A stretch of DNA of 64,000 bases, from NCBI RefSeq assembly GCF_963506605.1, contig NC_083284.1:38750001-38814000 (forward strand), written 5' to 3'. Position numbers and translations under genes: made by a program. The DNA comes from Zootoca vivipara (lineage: Eukaryota). Under the pieces are notes generated by a model. The model saw only the letters and a list, made by a program, of their open reading frames with translations, did no database searches and was not told the origin of the DNA. Position 1 is the first letter of the stretch; each line of letters opens with the position of its first letter. This document shows, piece by piece, positions 12,971-25,212 of this stretch.

Positions 12971-13064
12971 ATTTCTCAATTAACACATCCTAATAGCCAT
13001 TTCTTTGAAAAGGTATAATGTTTTCATCCCAGTTTTTGCTTTTAGTTCCAATGCAATGGGTCAG

Positions 13065-13189
13065 TGCATCTGGCTGTTAGTGGTTCGAGCCCACCCCAAG
13101 AATGGCTGTGGACATGGTTTCCTCCATGGCAGGGGGTTGGACTGGATGACCTCTGGGATCCCTTCTGACACTACATTTCTATGAATCTA
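13065..13189 (+). mobile_element. tRNA-headed SINE with CR1-type 3' tail
   Basis: B-box GGTTCGAGCCC followed by CR1 3' UTR-like gcagggggttggactggatgacc...cccttc...ttctatga. Confidence 0.7.
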
Positions 13190-13257
13190 CAACATTCTTT
13201 GTTTTCAAACCTCGGTCAACAGCTTCTCAAACATTCATTTTGCTTTTGTTAAGAAAC

Positions 13258-13586
13258 AGGAAATGGCCTTATACAGAGTCAAACCATTGCTCTATCTAGC
13301 TTAGTATTCTCTACTTCAGATGTGAGGAAATTTTGGCCCTCTAGGTGTTGCTGAAATACAACTCTCACTGGCCATTGGCCATACTTTCTGGGGCTGGTGG
13401 GAGTTGTTTATCAACATCTGGAGGGGAAGAGGTTCCCCACACCTGCTCGAGCACACTGATTGGCAGTGGCTCTCAAGAGTTTCAGATAGGGATCTTTCCT
13501 TGCCCTACCAGGAGATGCCAAGGATTGAACCGGGGACCTTTTTTATTCAAAGCACATGCTCTGCTAGCCTGCTACAACGCTTCCCC
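13258..13586 (-). mobile_element. Squam3-type tRNA-derived SINE interrupted by an old MITE (13317-13445)
   Basis: Minus strand reads gtagca...agagcatgtgctttg...ggtccccggttcaatccttggcatctcc; homologous to the copies at 47343, 50840 and 61478. Confidence 0.75.
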
Positions 13587-14504
13587 AAGAGGCATGGGGC
13601 AACAGAAACCACTCTGTTCAGCCACCTTTCTTTGTTCAATTACTTACTGATAATTTTGTAAGACAGCCTTAACTTTTTTTTTTTGCTTGAATACTACTAC
13701 AGCTTTTTACATCATACTATCAATGATTACTCATTGTGCACTAGGACATCCTTTTTTGACAGAACAAATTTTCTAGTTAATATTTTATATGACAGCTGTA
13801 CTGCAAATAATAAAACAGGAACAAGTTTTTGCACTAATGAATCTAAAAAGTTGTCTGAAAATAACATCCACCACTGCAAGATGGTTTTATTGTGGCTCTG
13901 CTGTTCTAGCTATACTCAGAGAGTGTGATTTATGCTCAAGGTATTTCCTGTTACACCCCCCTTGAAATACAATAAGGAAAAGATTCTTTTCGCGTAAGTG
14001 CTAAAATATAATTGAATTCAACACTTGTGATAGCTTGCCATTACCTATTACTGATCACATCATCTTCTGTTCATTTCTCCCCCTCACACTCAACTCAGAA
14101 AAAGTATTTGCATGGGGAGTTAACCAAATATAAAACTACAACCAGCTATTATTTGCATGTATTTGTATATATATTTTTTAAAAAAAAACACAAATCAAAT
14201 AGAAGAGTAAGCTGGTTTAAAAAGGGGGAAACAGCAAAACTAAATTTTGTTTTCTATTGTATTTCCAAATTGCTTATCAATCAATTAGTATAATCTTAAT
14301 GCCATTGCATTAGATAGAAAAAGAAAAAAGAGCAAAACTAGATTTTGCATTCTATTATATTTCTTAATTGCAACCAGTTATCATCATCTAAAATAGGACT
14401 TTTCCACTGTACACTTAATAGTGCTGTGCTAGATATTAATGTTGATCCTTTTCATTAAAAATTATACAAGATAACCAAACTAATTTTGTCCCCCTGATGT
14501 CTTA

Positions 14505-14800
14505 ACTGGCTGTCTCTACCCCCACCATTCAGCCCGGACACTGAGATCCAATTCTGAGGGCCTTCTGGAGGTTCCCTCATTGCGAGAAGTGAGGTTACAG
14601 GAACCAGGTAGAGGGCCTTCTCGGTAGTCAAACCACCCTGTGGAACTGCCTCCCACCAGACTTTTAGAAGACACCTGAAGGAAGCTTTGTATAGGGAAGG
14701 TTTTAATGTTTGATGTTTTACTGTGTTGGGTGTTTTAATTTGTTGGAAGCTGCCCAGAGTGGCTGGAGCAACCCAGTCAGATGGGTGGCATATAAATAAA
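14505..14800 (+). mobile_element. L2-clade LINE 3' end
   Basis: Homologous to 21437-21770 (RAFSVV..TLWN.LP, FRRHLK..L.RE.FNV); 3' terminal gcccagagtggctgg...cagatggg...ataaataaa. Confidence 0.8.
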
Positions 14801-15854
14801 TCATCATCACCACAGGAAGTTGGTTTCTTTGTTTTATATGGCATTTGGGATCCAGATTATCACAAACAGAATTCTGTTCATGGAACAGGGCTTTCCAGCC
14901 CCTTTTCCAATGTGGAACCCACTATAGCCACTGAAAATTTGCTCTTGAGCTGTAGGTGCCTCCCAGAAAAGTGGTGGGATAAGACACAGAGAAGTGCAAT
15001 GGGGATGGAGAATTAGTGCAAACTGGGTGGGGAAACTTGCACTAGCCAAGACTCATGCTTCTTTGGATCCAAGCTTGATCATTCAATTCATCTATCTTAC
15101 TTAAGTGTTATAAAGCTTGCTAAACACTCACTTCTAAATTTACACAATGCCTTCTATCACCATTTGCTAATCATTTACAAAAAAATAAATAAAAAGCAAA
15201 ATAGCCATATGAATAAAGAGTGCTGTTTAAAGAACTGCAGTAAGGGAACGTTCAGTAAATGTAACACGGCAATGCTTTAAATGGGATAATAAAAGGGAAG
15301 AAAAAGGTATATTTTGTTTTTAAATACACATACGCTTACTATTAATAATTGATTCATGTGGAAAGAACAAAGTGATTCAGCTTCACACTCCCTCCCTTAT
15401 TTAGTCAGTTGAGTGCAAGAGAGCACATGTGTCTCAAATAGCGCATTTTGAGAGTTATTAAGCACATGTCCAAGGACACATTTAATAGCAACATTTTTAT
15501 GTTCCAGTTTAACTAATATGCTTTAGCCTAGTCTCAAATATGTAGCAGAAGTTTGGGGGAATGGTGGTAGAACACTTTGCAATGTGTTTTCTAATTGGGA
15601 GACCATTTTAAAGTGGCATTTCCAGTCTGCAGTATGAAAGGGGTACAGTTCACTCTTCAATAATCTCCTTGAATAAATCTGCTTGGTTTCCTCTCCTTTC
15701 CTCTTTTTCTCTCTCTGTGTCATATATATCAGACTGAGAGCCTGTGAGCAGGGAATGGTTTATCTTTTAAACTCTGAATGAGATATTGAGTTGATAAGGA
15801 GAACACAAACAGTCAGCAAAATCTTCTCCAAAGTTTTTGAAATGAATCCCGTAC

Positions 15855-16010
15855 CTGTATCTGTAGAGTACACCCTGAAACTTTTGTCCCAAAAACCACA
15901 GACCAGGATGTAGCGATTATCAGAAGTGATGACAAAACACTGGGAATGGACTTGAATACTTTGATCTAGGAGATCCGTAATTTGTCTCTTGTGCATACCC
16001 GTATTGCTGG
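15855..16010 (-). CDS. LRBA: LRBA coding exon, WD40 region (ASNTGMHKRQITDLLDQSIQVHSQCFVITSDNRYILVCGFWDKSFRVYSTDT)
   Basis: 156 nt, phase 1-1; acceptor ccccttctag|CC, donor ACA G|gtacgg. Confidence 0.96.
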
Positions 16011-17936
16011 CTAGAAGGGGATGGGGGAGGGGAGACAAAAGAGAAACTATTTTTTTTACACAGGAGCAAATCGAGTTTTAATTTCTTGTCACACTGATAC
16101 ACACACATTCGTGCTTGTTCCTCCCTCCTACCCACCCCCGATCCTTTCACTTCTTCCCCACCGTTTTGCCACAATTTCCCCATCTTATTGTCAAGCGCCT
16201 TCTATAAGGCTCTAGTTACATACCAGTGGCATTTTCAAAGTATGCTTATCTAGCAGAATAAACCAGGTGAGTTATAACTCTGGTAGATACACATTAGGAC
16301 AACTATCAACCTTGATACACCACTGTGGTTATAGTCAGAAACATTCTGGGAGTTAATACCAGATTCATCATAACTTCAGTGATATTGGGTTGTATATTGA
16401 AATCCGTGCCCTTCCAAATGGAATATCATACTCTATACACCACCATAAAGTGCTGATGTGAAAAAATATGATACTTTATTTTCAAAAGGTATTAATATAA
16501 ACAGATGGTGATGTTTGTGTGTATGGTTACTTAATAAACTGCACTGTTAACTTCACTTTGTTACACTTGCTTGAAACATAAACATATAGTTTAAACTATA
16601 AATCACTTTAAATGTTCCTGCTCTTTTTCAGAGGCTAGTAATGTGAGTTTCAGTTCGTCCCACTATTCTAACCTAAAGCCAATTTCCCTCTACCACTGCT
16701 GCTTCCCCTCTAACACTCCTCAACTAGGCAGTGAGGGCTACATGAGTAGTCTTCATGCAAATCCATGACCTCTTTCCTCTGGAGTCTGTCAGAAACACTG
16801 ATGCAGTCTTCTCCAGGGTCCAGGAACCACAATTTTCTCAGGTTCTCTGCAATCCCATTGGCCCTTGAGTGCAAAACTCTCCTGAAGACAGTCCCTCAAG
16901 TCACAAGCTCTTTCTCACAGACCTTCTTCCCCAGCTTTAGCCAATGATTTCAGCTATTGATCCATCTCAGCTTCTCTGAGCTACTTCTTAACTCCATTGA
17001 TGTCCACTGCCTGACTCCAGCTTCCAGCCCTTTCTTGAGCTAACGAACAGTCAAACACACCAAACTCCCATCTGCTCTCCTTGGCCTGACATCTTGAGTC
17101 ATACCCTCAACAATACAGTAATTCCAATTTGTGTGAAATCCTGCCCGCTGATCGGCCTGTAACTGAGCAGAATGTCTATAAAGCAGAAACCTGACTCACA
17201 GGGCTATCACTGGTTTTTAAAGGGCAAGAGTTAAACTATCATTTAGGCCTTCTGCTGATACTCTCTATCTCTGTAGAAACAAATGACAGTTTACAGAAAG
17301 TTAACCCTTAAATTCAACGATGCATTAATCTCCTTTTAAAAAGGAGTGCTGTGTTTTGTTTTTAAAATAAAAAAACTTTACCTCCCACTAAGTAGACATC
17401 CACAAATGGTATTATACCAGTATTGCACATTTTAAAATGTTCATGTATAAGGCTTTATGTAATTGAATGTGTGTATGGGTATATTTTAAACTATCCCATT
17501 TCTTGAGGAACTCATTATGAATCAAATGGCTCTGACTTTAAATATATTTTTTTGTTTAGGATGCCTACTGCATACTCTTGTTATTGTATGTACACCCATA
17601 TATTTTACAGTGAAAGGTGGTCTATAAATGCCCTAACAAATAAATAAATGGTTGAAGACATAATTTCTTGATACAGTACTGTACAACTAAAACATTATCA
17701 CTTGAACCAGGGATAGCGGCATACAATATAGCTTTTAGGCTGACTAAACGGAGCTCATGGAAAACCACTTGAATGTCTGGATGTACATTTGCGCATTTGC
17801 ATTGAAATGCAGAGGGGAATGCACATCAGCATCATAACTGTAATGTAGCCAAATTTACAAATGAATGTACATTCATTGACCATGAAAATCTGTATTATAT
17901 AAACTAGTCAGCTAAATAGACCCAGTCCGCAGGTAA

Positions 17937-18203
17937 CACTAAGCCAAACTATGACTTAGTGTAAGCATGTTGGCTCCTGGAGAGGAGATCATAGCAGTTT
18001 TGGTCTGACTATGGTCCTTCTGCAAGTATGCTGCTGTGAGATTAGCCATGGTTTAGCTTAGCATGTCATCTGGACTTGAGTTTTGAGTTTGTTGTTTGTC
18101 TTGCTCCAGACAAACCACAAGCTGTAACTGAGGTGGCAAAGAGGATGCAAGCTCCTATGAGCCCACACACTTTGTTCATGCTAAGCCATAGTTTGGCTTA
18201 GTG
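17937..18203. mobile_element. Palindromic MITE, superfamily unassigned
   Basis: 23-bp inverted ends CACTAAGCCAAACTATGACTTAG and CTAAGCCATAGTTTGGCTTAGTG (1 mismatch). Confidence 0.65.
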
Positions 18204-19210
18204 CTATGAGTGAATGGAGCAACAGTGCACCTTGCAACAATTTTCATGTAGTTATTACACATCACCAATCATGCCACATAGATCAGTATTCATATGTGCA
18301 TATACTACTAATAAATTACCACTTAAGAAATTTTTCACTAGCTATGGTAGTTATATTAAGATTCATATACCCTGTGACTAACTTGAAATAATGTGACAAA
18401 ATATTTTGTGACAATTGCCTTGGTCTTTAAATGTAAACATTCTGATTCATTTGCATTCAATAATTAAAGAGCTTCTAAAAGGTCGGTTTGAGAAATCAAG
18501 CTACAGATGTATTTTGAGGTGATTATTAAAATAATGTTTGTGCTCTTCTAAAGTTAAATCATAGGAAAGGGAAAAAATTGTATTTGCTAAGTGATGCCTT
18601 TCAGAACTGTAATACATACAAATTCACAAGCTATAATGAATTATGGTGGCCAAATCGCAAATGCCTAAAACAAAGGTTTGCAAACAAACAAGCCCTTCTT
18701 CTTGGTAATAAGAATCACCACCGCCATAACAAGCCACTTGGAAGTGGAATGGATGATAATGATTTATCTAGCTGAGAAACAATATCTTTACTTTCCTGAT
18801 TGTGATCCTGAAGTCTGCCATACCCTATAAAAACGGTAGAATACTAATACCTGAACACTAAAAATGGCTGAGCAATATATTTCGACTTTGGAACTGTTCT
18901 GCAATTACACATTAATTCCCTCAGCCTGAACAGCAGGCCTGTGAAGAAAGGATTGATCTCCCTTAATGATGAAATTCTGGCACCACAGTTTTATTTTTCA
19001 CAACACAGTGCTGTTAAGAATCCCACTGTTATTATGAAAATTTCCTCAGCAAAAGAGCTCCATCCCATTACTGGCGCACCAATTCATCATAACATGCCTC
19101 GCTCTTGCTCATCAACAAGTCTGAGTGATGAAAAGACCCAATATTATCCTGACAGTACTTCATGCGCATTCTCAATCACACATTATTACGGCATCCATAT
19201 TAATTTTCAC

Positions 19211-19486
19211 NNNNNNNNNNNNNNNNNNNNNNNNNNNNNNNNNNNNNNNNNNNNNNNNNNNNNNNNNNNNNNNNNNNNNNNNNNNNNNNNNNNNNNNNNN
19301 NNNNNNNNNNNNNNNNNNNNNNNNNNNNNNNNNNNNNNNNNNNNNNNNNNNNNNNNNNNNNNNNNNNNNNNNNNNNNNNNNNNNNNNNNNNNNNNNNNNN
19401 NNNNNNNNNNNNNNNNNNNNNNNNNNNNNNNNNNNNNNNNNNNNNNNNNNNNNNNNNNNNNNNNNNNNNNNNNNNNNNNNNNNNNN
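19211..19486. other. Assembly gap (276 N)
   Basis: Run of N. Confidence 1.
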
Positions 19487-19493
19487 TGATGAG
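19487..19493 (-). CDS. LRBA: First 7 nt of a small LRBA exon (A-H-Q..., expected AHQGAVQDQPYQLPVEIDPLI-like); remainder hidden in the assembly gap
   Basis: Minus strand reads ccttctcttgtgcattctag|CTCATCA then Ns. With the upstream phase-1 G this gives GCT CAT CAn = A-H-Q/H, the residues expected after KWHNLP in LRBA. Confidence 0.85.
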
Positions 19494-21194
19494 CTAGAAT
19501 GCACAAGAGAAGGTTTAAAAACTGTGTTACTTTCAGGCATTAAAACCATGGAAAATCCTATAAATCAAACACTATATGCCATTGTTTCCCCGTGGAAGCT
19601 TCATCCATTTATTGAACACCATCAACAACGAAAATCCAGGTGCTTTCAAGGACTGTTTATTACATTTATTTTAGATTATTGCTATTCTCAATGTGTACCA
19701 TCATCAGAGGATCCAGCTCTGGACCATAAGCTATAGCAGATGCTTGACCAGCAGCCTCTCATGTTGCAACAAAACAAAATTAAGTGGTAAAGAGCACTGA
19801 AAACAAAATGTGACAACCATCTGCTGACTGTGGCAAATATTATTTCCTCCATTCAAAGAAAAATTACTTTGAATAGTACAGCACAAAGGAATTTTTTTTT
19901 TAAAAAAATCTTGCTTTATGATAGAGAAAGGGGTGTAGCTCACACTATATTAAATATTCTATTCATCCTGGGAAACCTGCATACATGAACTTTAAGGAAC
20001 ATTTGTGAACGCCAGAGTTTTATGCAAATGTATGAACATTTCTTTTGTAACTGAAACGTTCATGTTTTGCTGATGCTAAACACATTTCTTCCCCTCAGAG
20101 CTCCACTTCAAAATATCAATGAAAGCTTCCGGAAATGGAAGCTAACATAATAAAAATCATGTGTGCAATATCTCGCATTTTCACATGTACCTTGCAAAGC
20201 ATATGCTTATTATAAAACCAGCATTGCTGGAATGATTACACAGTTGTTATGGAATTCAGAAGTCCTGCTTCAGCAAAATCTGAATAAATGATGACACAAT
20301 GTAAGTTTCTACCCCATATGGACATAATGAGTAGTAAAATGCTTAAGCTGACAAGTTACCAAAATGAAGTAGGTGTACAATTTTACTTGCACACATAAAG
20401 AGCCACGTTAGTACGCCTCCTTCTTTGCAAAAGTAGTTTTTATTTAGTACCACAATTGTGATAGGAATTTTGTGACAAGCTCTGAACAAGAACTCTGTCT
20501 TGTGGTTTATAATCTTAACAGCCAGACATATCAAAAATGAAAGGGGGGGGGAAATAACATTTGATAATGAAGTGAAAAGGCTAAGGGGTAATGAAGGTTT
20601 AATGGGTAATAGGTAGTACAGAACAGTGAACTTTGCTGAATAGGAGATGACTTGATGGACATATTGCTCCAAGGAACAGCAAGGAAAAGAAGTGGGAAAA
20701 GTGGGAAATCAGGAGATATAGAGGTTGCTGTATTTGTTTCCTAAAACTCACTTTTCAAATTTAAACAGACCAAGGATGGTCTTTTTGCTATCCTGCTGCA
20801 AGGCAGGTCACTATAATTCAAAAGTGTGACTACTGGTCATAGATCTAGAAATTCCTAAAAAGTATAGCATTACCAGTTGTTTTGTTAGGCAAATTAATTT
20901 CCTGATAAAACCTATTATGAAAAAGATTTGGCAGCTAGCCTTTGAGCTTTGAAGTCTACTTATTCTACAGAACAAGGTATGTATCTTGTAGGGCAGTTAC
21001 AGCATTTTATTGTTATATAGTGATAGGCTACATTATTATGTTTTCTTGTGCAATTCCTTTATAACATTGCTCTGAAAGGTTTTCTAATGACTAGAATATT
21101 TCAAAATGATAATTCTAAAATTGCTACTAACAGAACGTAAAATAAAAGGGAATTAATTACCAGATAATTTTATGATTATTATTATGATTTATTA

Positions 21195-21435
21195 ATTTTA
21201 AATCACCCTTAAATCACCCTTCATCCAAAGACAGTTCACAGACACCCCCCCCCAAAAAAAAATACAAAATGAGAACACAAAATACATAATAAAAGCAGGA
21301 ATAAAAACCAAAACAAACCAATAACTCCCCCCCCCCACAAACACATTTAAAAGGCCATAGAAGGTTAATCAGCCAAAGGCCTGGTTGTAGATAATTTTTT
21401 TCACCTGACACCTAAAGATATTTAATGAAGACACC

Positions 21436-21474
<39 letters not shown>

Positions 21475-22090
21475 TTGTGTTGGAAGCCGTCACTCTGGGC
21501 GGCTTCCAACAGAAAAATGAAATAAAATAATCTATTAAACATTAAAAGCCTCCCTAAACAGGGCTGCCTTCAGATGTCTTCTAAAAATCTGGTAGCTGTT
21601 TTTCTCTTTGACATCGGATGGGAGGGCGTTCCACAGGGTGGGCGCCACCACCGAGAAGGCCCTCTGCCTGGTGCCCTGCAACTTGGCTTCTCGCAATGAG
21701 GGAACCGCCAGAAGGCCCTCGGTACTGGACCTCAGTGTCTGGGCAGAACGATGGGTGAGCGCTGCTATGCAGCGCATTCCACAAACAGGGAGGCCACCAC
21801 AGATAAGGCCCATTTACGTGCTTCAACACTCTGAACCTTTCATGAGGGAGGCACATAAAGAAGGGCCTAAGATGATGATTGCAGGGTCTGGGTTGGTTTA
21901 TACAGGGAGATGCGGTCCTTGAGGTATTGTGATCTTGAGCTGTTTAAGGCTTCAGAAGTCAAAAGCAGCACTTTGAATTGGGCCCAGAACTTATTTGGCA
22001 GCTAGTGCAGTTGGGCCAGGATCAATGTAATATGCTCAAACCTTCTTGCCCCAGTGATCAAGCTGGATGCCGAATCCTGAACCAGCTTTG
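21195..22090 (-). mobile_element. Older L2-clade LINE 3' portion, split by a younger L2 insertion
   Basis: aaggcctgg...cctgacacctaaag...acacca resumes after the insert as gcattccacaaacagggaggccaccacagataaggcc...agcagcactttgaattgggccc. Confidence 0.7.
21437..21770 (-). mobile_element. Young L2-clade LINE 3' end with (TTA)n tail
   Basis: Open frame LRSSTEGLLAVPSLREAKLQGTRQRAFSVVAPTLWNALPSDVKEKNSYQIFRRHLKAALFREAFNV*; (TAA)n at 21437-21473 on plus. Confidence 0.85.
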
Positions 22091-22156
22091 GATGTCTTTT
22101 TAGATACTGTCTTTTTAGATATTACTGTAATAGGCATGTTGAAGGATCTCAAATTG

Positions 22157-22510
22157 CAGGCATGTCCAACAGGTAGATCGTCTGTGGTATATCACCGGTA
22201 GATCAGTGGCTCCCCCCCCCCCAAAGAAGCTAAAAAACTTTGGCTCCCCTAAAAAAAGATCATCTTCGTCCTGCACCCCTAAAATGACCTGAACCACCCA
22301 AAACAGGCTTTCCTTCCTAAAAAAAAGCTCAATGTCACTTTCCTCTTCCCTAAAGAAGTTCAACAACTTTTACGTGAACCCTCCAAAACAGGGCTTTCCT
22401 TCCTAAAAAATAGCTCAACAACTTTGACCTGAACCCCAAAAAAGGGGGTAGATCACTGTCAGTTTTTAACTGTGAGTAGATCGCAGTCTCTTGGAAGTTG
22501 GCCACCCCTG
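22157..22510. mobile_element. Non-autonomous hAT element with internal degenerate tandem repeats
   Basis: TIRs CAGGCATGTCCAAC and GTTGGCCACCCCTG; 8-bp TSD TCAAATTG/TCATATTG; repeated GTAGATC subterminal motifs. Confidence 0.85.
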
Positions 22511-22667
22511 TCATATTGGATTGGATCAAATGAATACCTTGTGCATGTAAAAGGTATTTTCATTCACACAAGGGTGATTGTTTTTGTTTTTTGCTAGTTC
22601 CATCTAGCTGCAGCAGCCATACCTGCATCCTTCAGAGTCCTCCTATCCCAGGAATGACTTTCTAGAA

Positions 22668-22803
22668 CAGGTATCCCCAAACTTCGGCCCTGCAGATGTT
22701 TTGGACTACAATTCCCATCTTCCCCGACCACTGGTCCTGTTAACTAGGGATCATGGGAGTTGTAGGCCAAAACATCTGGAGGGCTGCAGTTTGGGGATAC
22801 CCG
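22668..22803. mobile_element. 136-bp palindromic hAT (Charlie-like) MITE
   Basis: TSD TTCTAGAA/TTCTAGAG, matching the NTCTAGAN preference of Charlie-type hATs. Confidence 0.9.
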
Positions 22804-22968
22804 TTCTAGAGGCACAGTGGGAAGGATGGAAAGTTCCACTCTCATACTGGAACTTCGCTTGTGGTTCCTAAGACCCAACACATTACAAACAAGCATGCAT
22901 CAGCTTTGACACATAAAACAACCCAACTTGCTGTTTATATCTTAATTTGCTAGTGTTTCCATACTTAC

Positions 22969-23146
22969 CAGGAAGGTTGTGCCACTTATTCACAGCAAAC
23001 AGTCGATTAGCAGTGACGGTAATCACAGCAGGATTTGCCAAACCAGGCTGGGTGTTGGCTGCTACATGCGTTACAGGGGAGTTTGATGGAAATTTCAGGA
23101 CCATGATGACATCTTGCTGGGCTTGGTCTGTGAACATCAATGGACT
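22969..23146 (-). CDS. LRBA: LRBA coding exon, BEACH-WD40 linker (SPLMFTDQAQQDVIMVLKFPSNSPVTHVAANTQPGLANPAVITVTANRLFAVNKWHNLP); alternative in-frame start at 23161
   Basis: 178 nt, phase 0-1; acceptor ctgcag|AGT, donor CCT G|gtaagt. Confidence 0.96.
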
Positions 23147-25160
23147 CTGCAGGAGGAGATACTGTTGAGTGGGCACAACAAGACCCCAACCACACGGAAA
23201 AAAGGAAAGACAAAGGAGGAGAAAGAAAGGATAGGACAGGACAGGACAGGACAAAAGAAGGAAGACCCAATTAAAACAAGCAATAGCCACCGCAAACGAA
23301 TGCCAATGCAGTAATTTTTGACAGGCCCATGGAAACTATCATTTTATTGAACACCTTGAGGGTTTTTTCCTTAATTACATACAGCGCGAAAAAAATATTA
23401 AGAATCCGCCAACATTTGTAACAAGTCATTGGCCCATTTAAAAGTTTCCAGTTGCCTGTGTCTTGCAAACAGTTTAGCTTCAACATCCGCAGAAGTAGTG
23501 CTTCAAAAAAGGACACCCCAATAAAAATAAAATAATAAAATAAAATAAAGCAGAAAATTTTAAAAGCTGCACCAAAGCTCAAATAATAAAATTCCAGGAG
23601 AATCATAGAGGGGGGGGGCAGAAAATTAAATGTGCAGTGTTTGCATACCATCAGAATTAATTTAGGAATAGCAATACATAATTATATATGTGTAATGCAT
23701 GTACTTTTCTACACCTTTCCATGTATTGTAAATACTATAGCTTGGATACTGATTCACCAGAAGCTGTCACTGATACAAGGAATGATTTTTTGCCAATTCA
23801 CCAGCAGATCCTAGTATCACCTCCCATAGAAGATTTTCAGAGGACAAAGAGGACTGCAGGAGTAAAGAGGGTTTGGTGAAAATTGTGTCCTCTACCACAG
23901 GAGTATTCCACGAGCAGAATTCAAGTCATGGAAAATTATGATCTAAGTCTAAAACTTTAGGACTTTAAAGCAGAATAAATGAAAGGTGGGTGTAGGGGTT
24001 GGATAAATCTAAGTTAGCTGCACTCTGTTCCCATTGTAAGTCTCTGGGACATACATAAAAATGTATAAATGAAATGTATTAGAGAACCACAAGATTTAAA
24101 CCACTATCCTAAAAACTTGTGCTGATAGACAATGCATAACGTCACTATGACAAAAGCATCTCTCATTTTTTTTGTGATGCTTTGTCGACACAGCTATTAA
24201 GCTATATAAAGCTCAAGTCAGGATTGTCAGAGTGCTTGGTTTTAATGTTCAGTTTGCTGAGAGAAATTTATATTTACATGGAGTGTTTCCTTCATTGTCC
24301 ATTAGTATTACCTGTGACTGCGTCTGAGAAACTATTTCTTAATAATTAATTAGTATCTTTATGGAATTTGAATACGCTGGTAATGGCTTTTGCCTCTTTA
24401 TCATCAGCAACGTTACAATGCATATACACATATGTAAATGTGTATATAAGAGAGCACATTTAACATATTTTTATACAGAACTAATAAAAAATTAAGTTCA
24501 TTTGCATTTTTATTATCACTCCTTTTAAAAAAGTTATTAAGAGTACTTAGAAAAACATATTGCACTACGATTTCCTATTTACAGTCTTTGTATATAAAGG
24601 TGTAAATAAAAACAACTCATAAGCTACCCAGACACCCTTTTGAGCAAGTGGCTAAAAGCCAATCAATATTATGAGTTAATCCTCCCTGGATGCTCATTCA
24701 ATTAAAGGTGTCAGTAATGCCTCATCTGATGTGGCCTCAATTAAATCCAGCTATCTGATGGTGTGAAAACACAAGGGGATACAGCAACAGCAGCCAAACC
24801 AGACAAATAGGCAGCCTTCATGTGATTGCTAATTACTACACCTGGTGCATATTATGGCTTGTGCACTTAACGCAGCCCATGGTGCCTTTAATTTCTTCTC
24901 CATACATACTCCACCTACCTCCCCTCCCCCCCTCCAAAAAAAAAAAATCTTGCATTGAAACTTTTAGTGATTAACCGAATCATTATGGTGGTAAAACATT
25001 TGGCTTTGTGATGGGGAAAGCCAATGTACTAATGCATCTGAAAAGGCAATGTGTTTTTGTCTAGGAAAAACTTGATCTTTGCTCAAATTCTAGTGTTCAA
25101 AACCATTTATCATCTGGTACCTGGGTTATCAAACAACAGCAGCTGCAGGAGTAAAAAAAA

Positions 25161-25212
25161 TAAAATGTGCAGATCAGTCCTACGTTGAGGTAGGACTGAT
25201 CTGCACATTTTA
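25161..25212. repeat. Perfect 23-bp inverted repeat with 6-nt loop
   Basis: TAAAATGTGCAGATCAGTCCTAC-gttgag-GTAGGACTGATCTGCACATTTTA. Confidence 0.97.

Noticed and set aside
15500-19210. Apparent loss of the AHQG...EIDPLI exon
   Set aside because: Its acceptor and first 7 nt are present at the gap edge (19487-19495).
18941-19736. Longest ORFs in the track (182-203 aa), and similar ones at 28852-29211 and 59118-59398
   Set aside because: Artefacts of reading through N runs.
22230-22445. CRISPR-like or satellite array
   Set aside because: Degenerate tandem units without unique spacers, inside a hAT element with TIRs and TSD, in a vertebrate intron.
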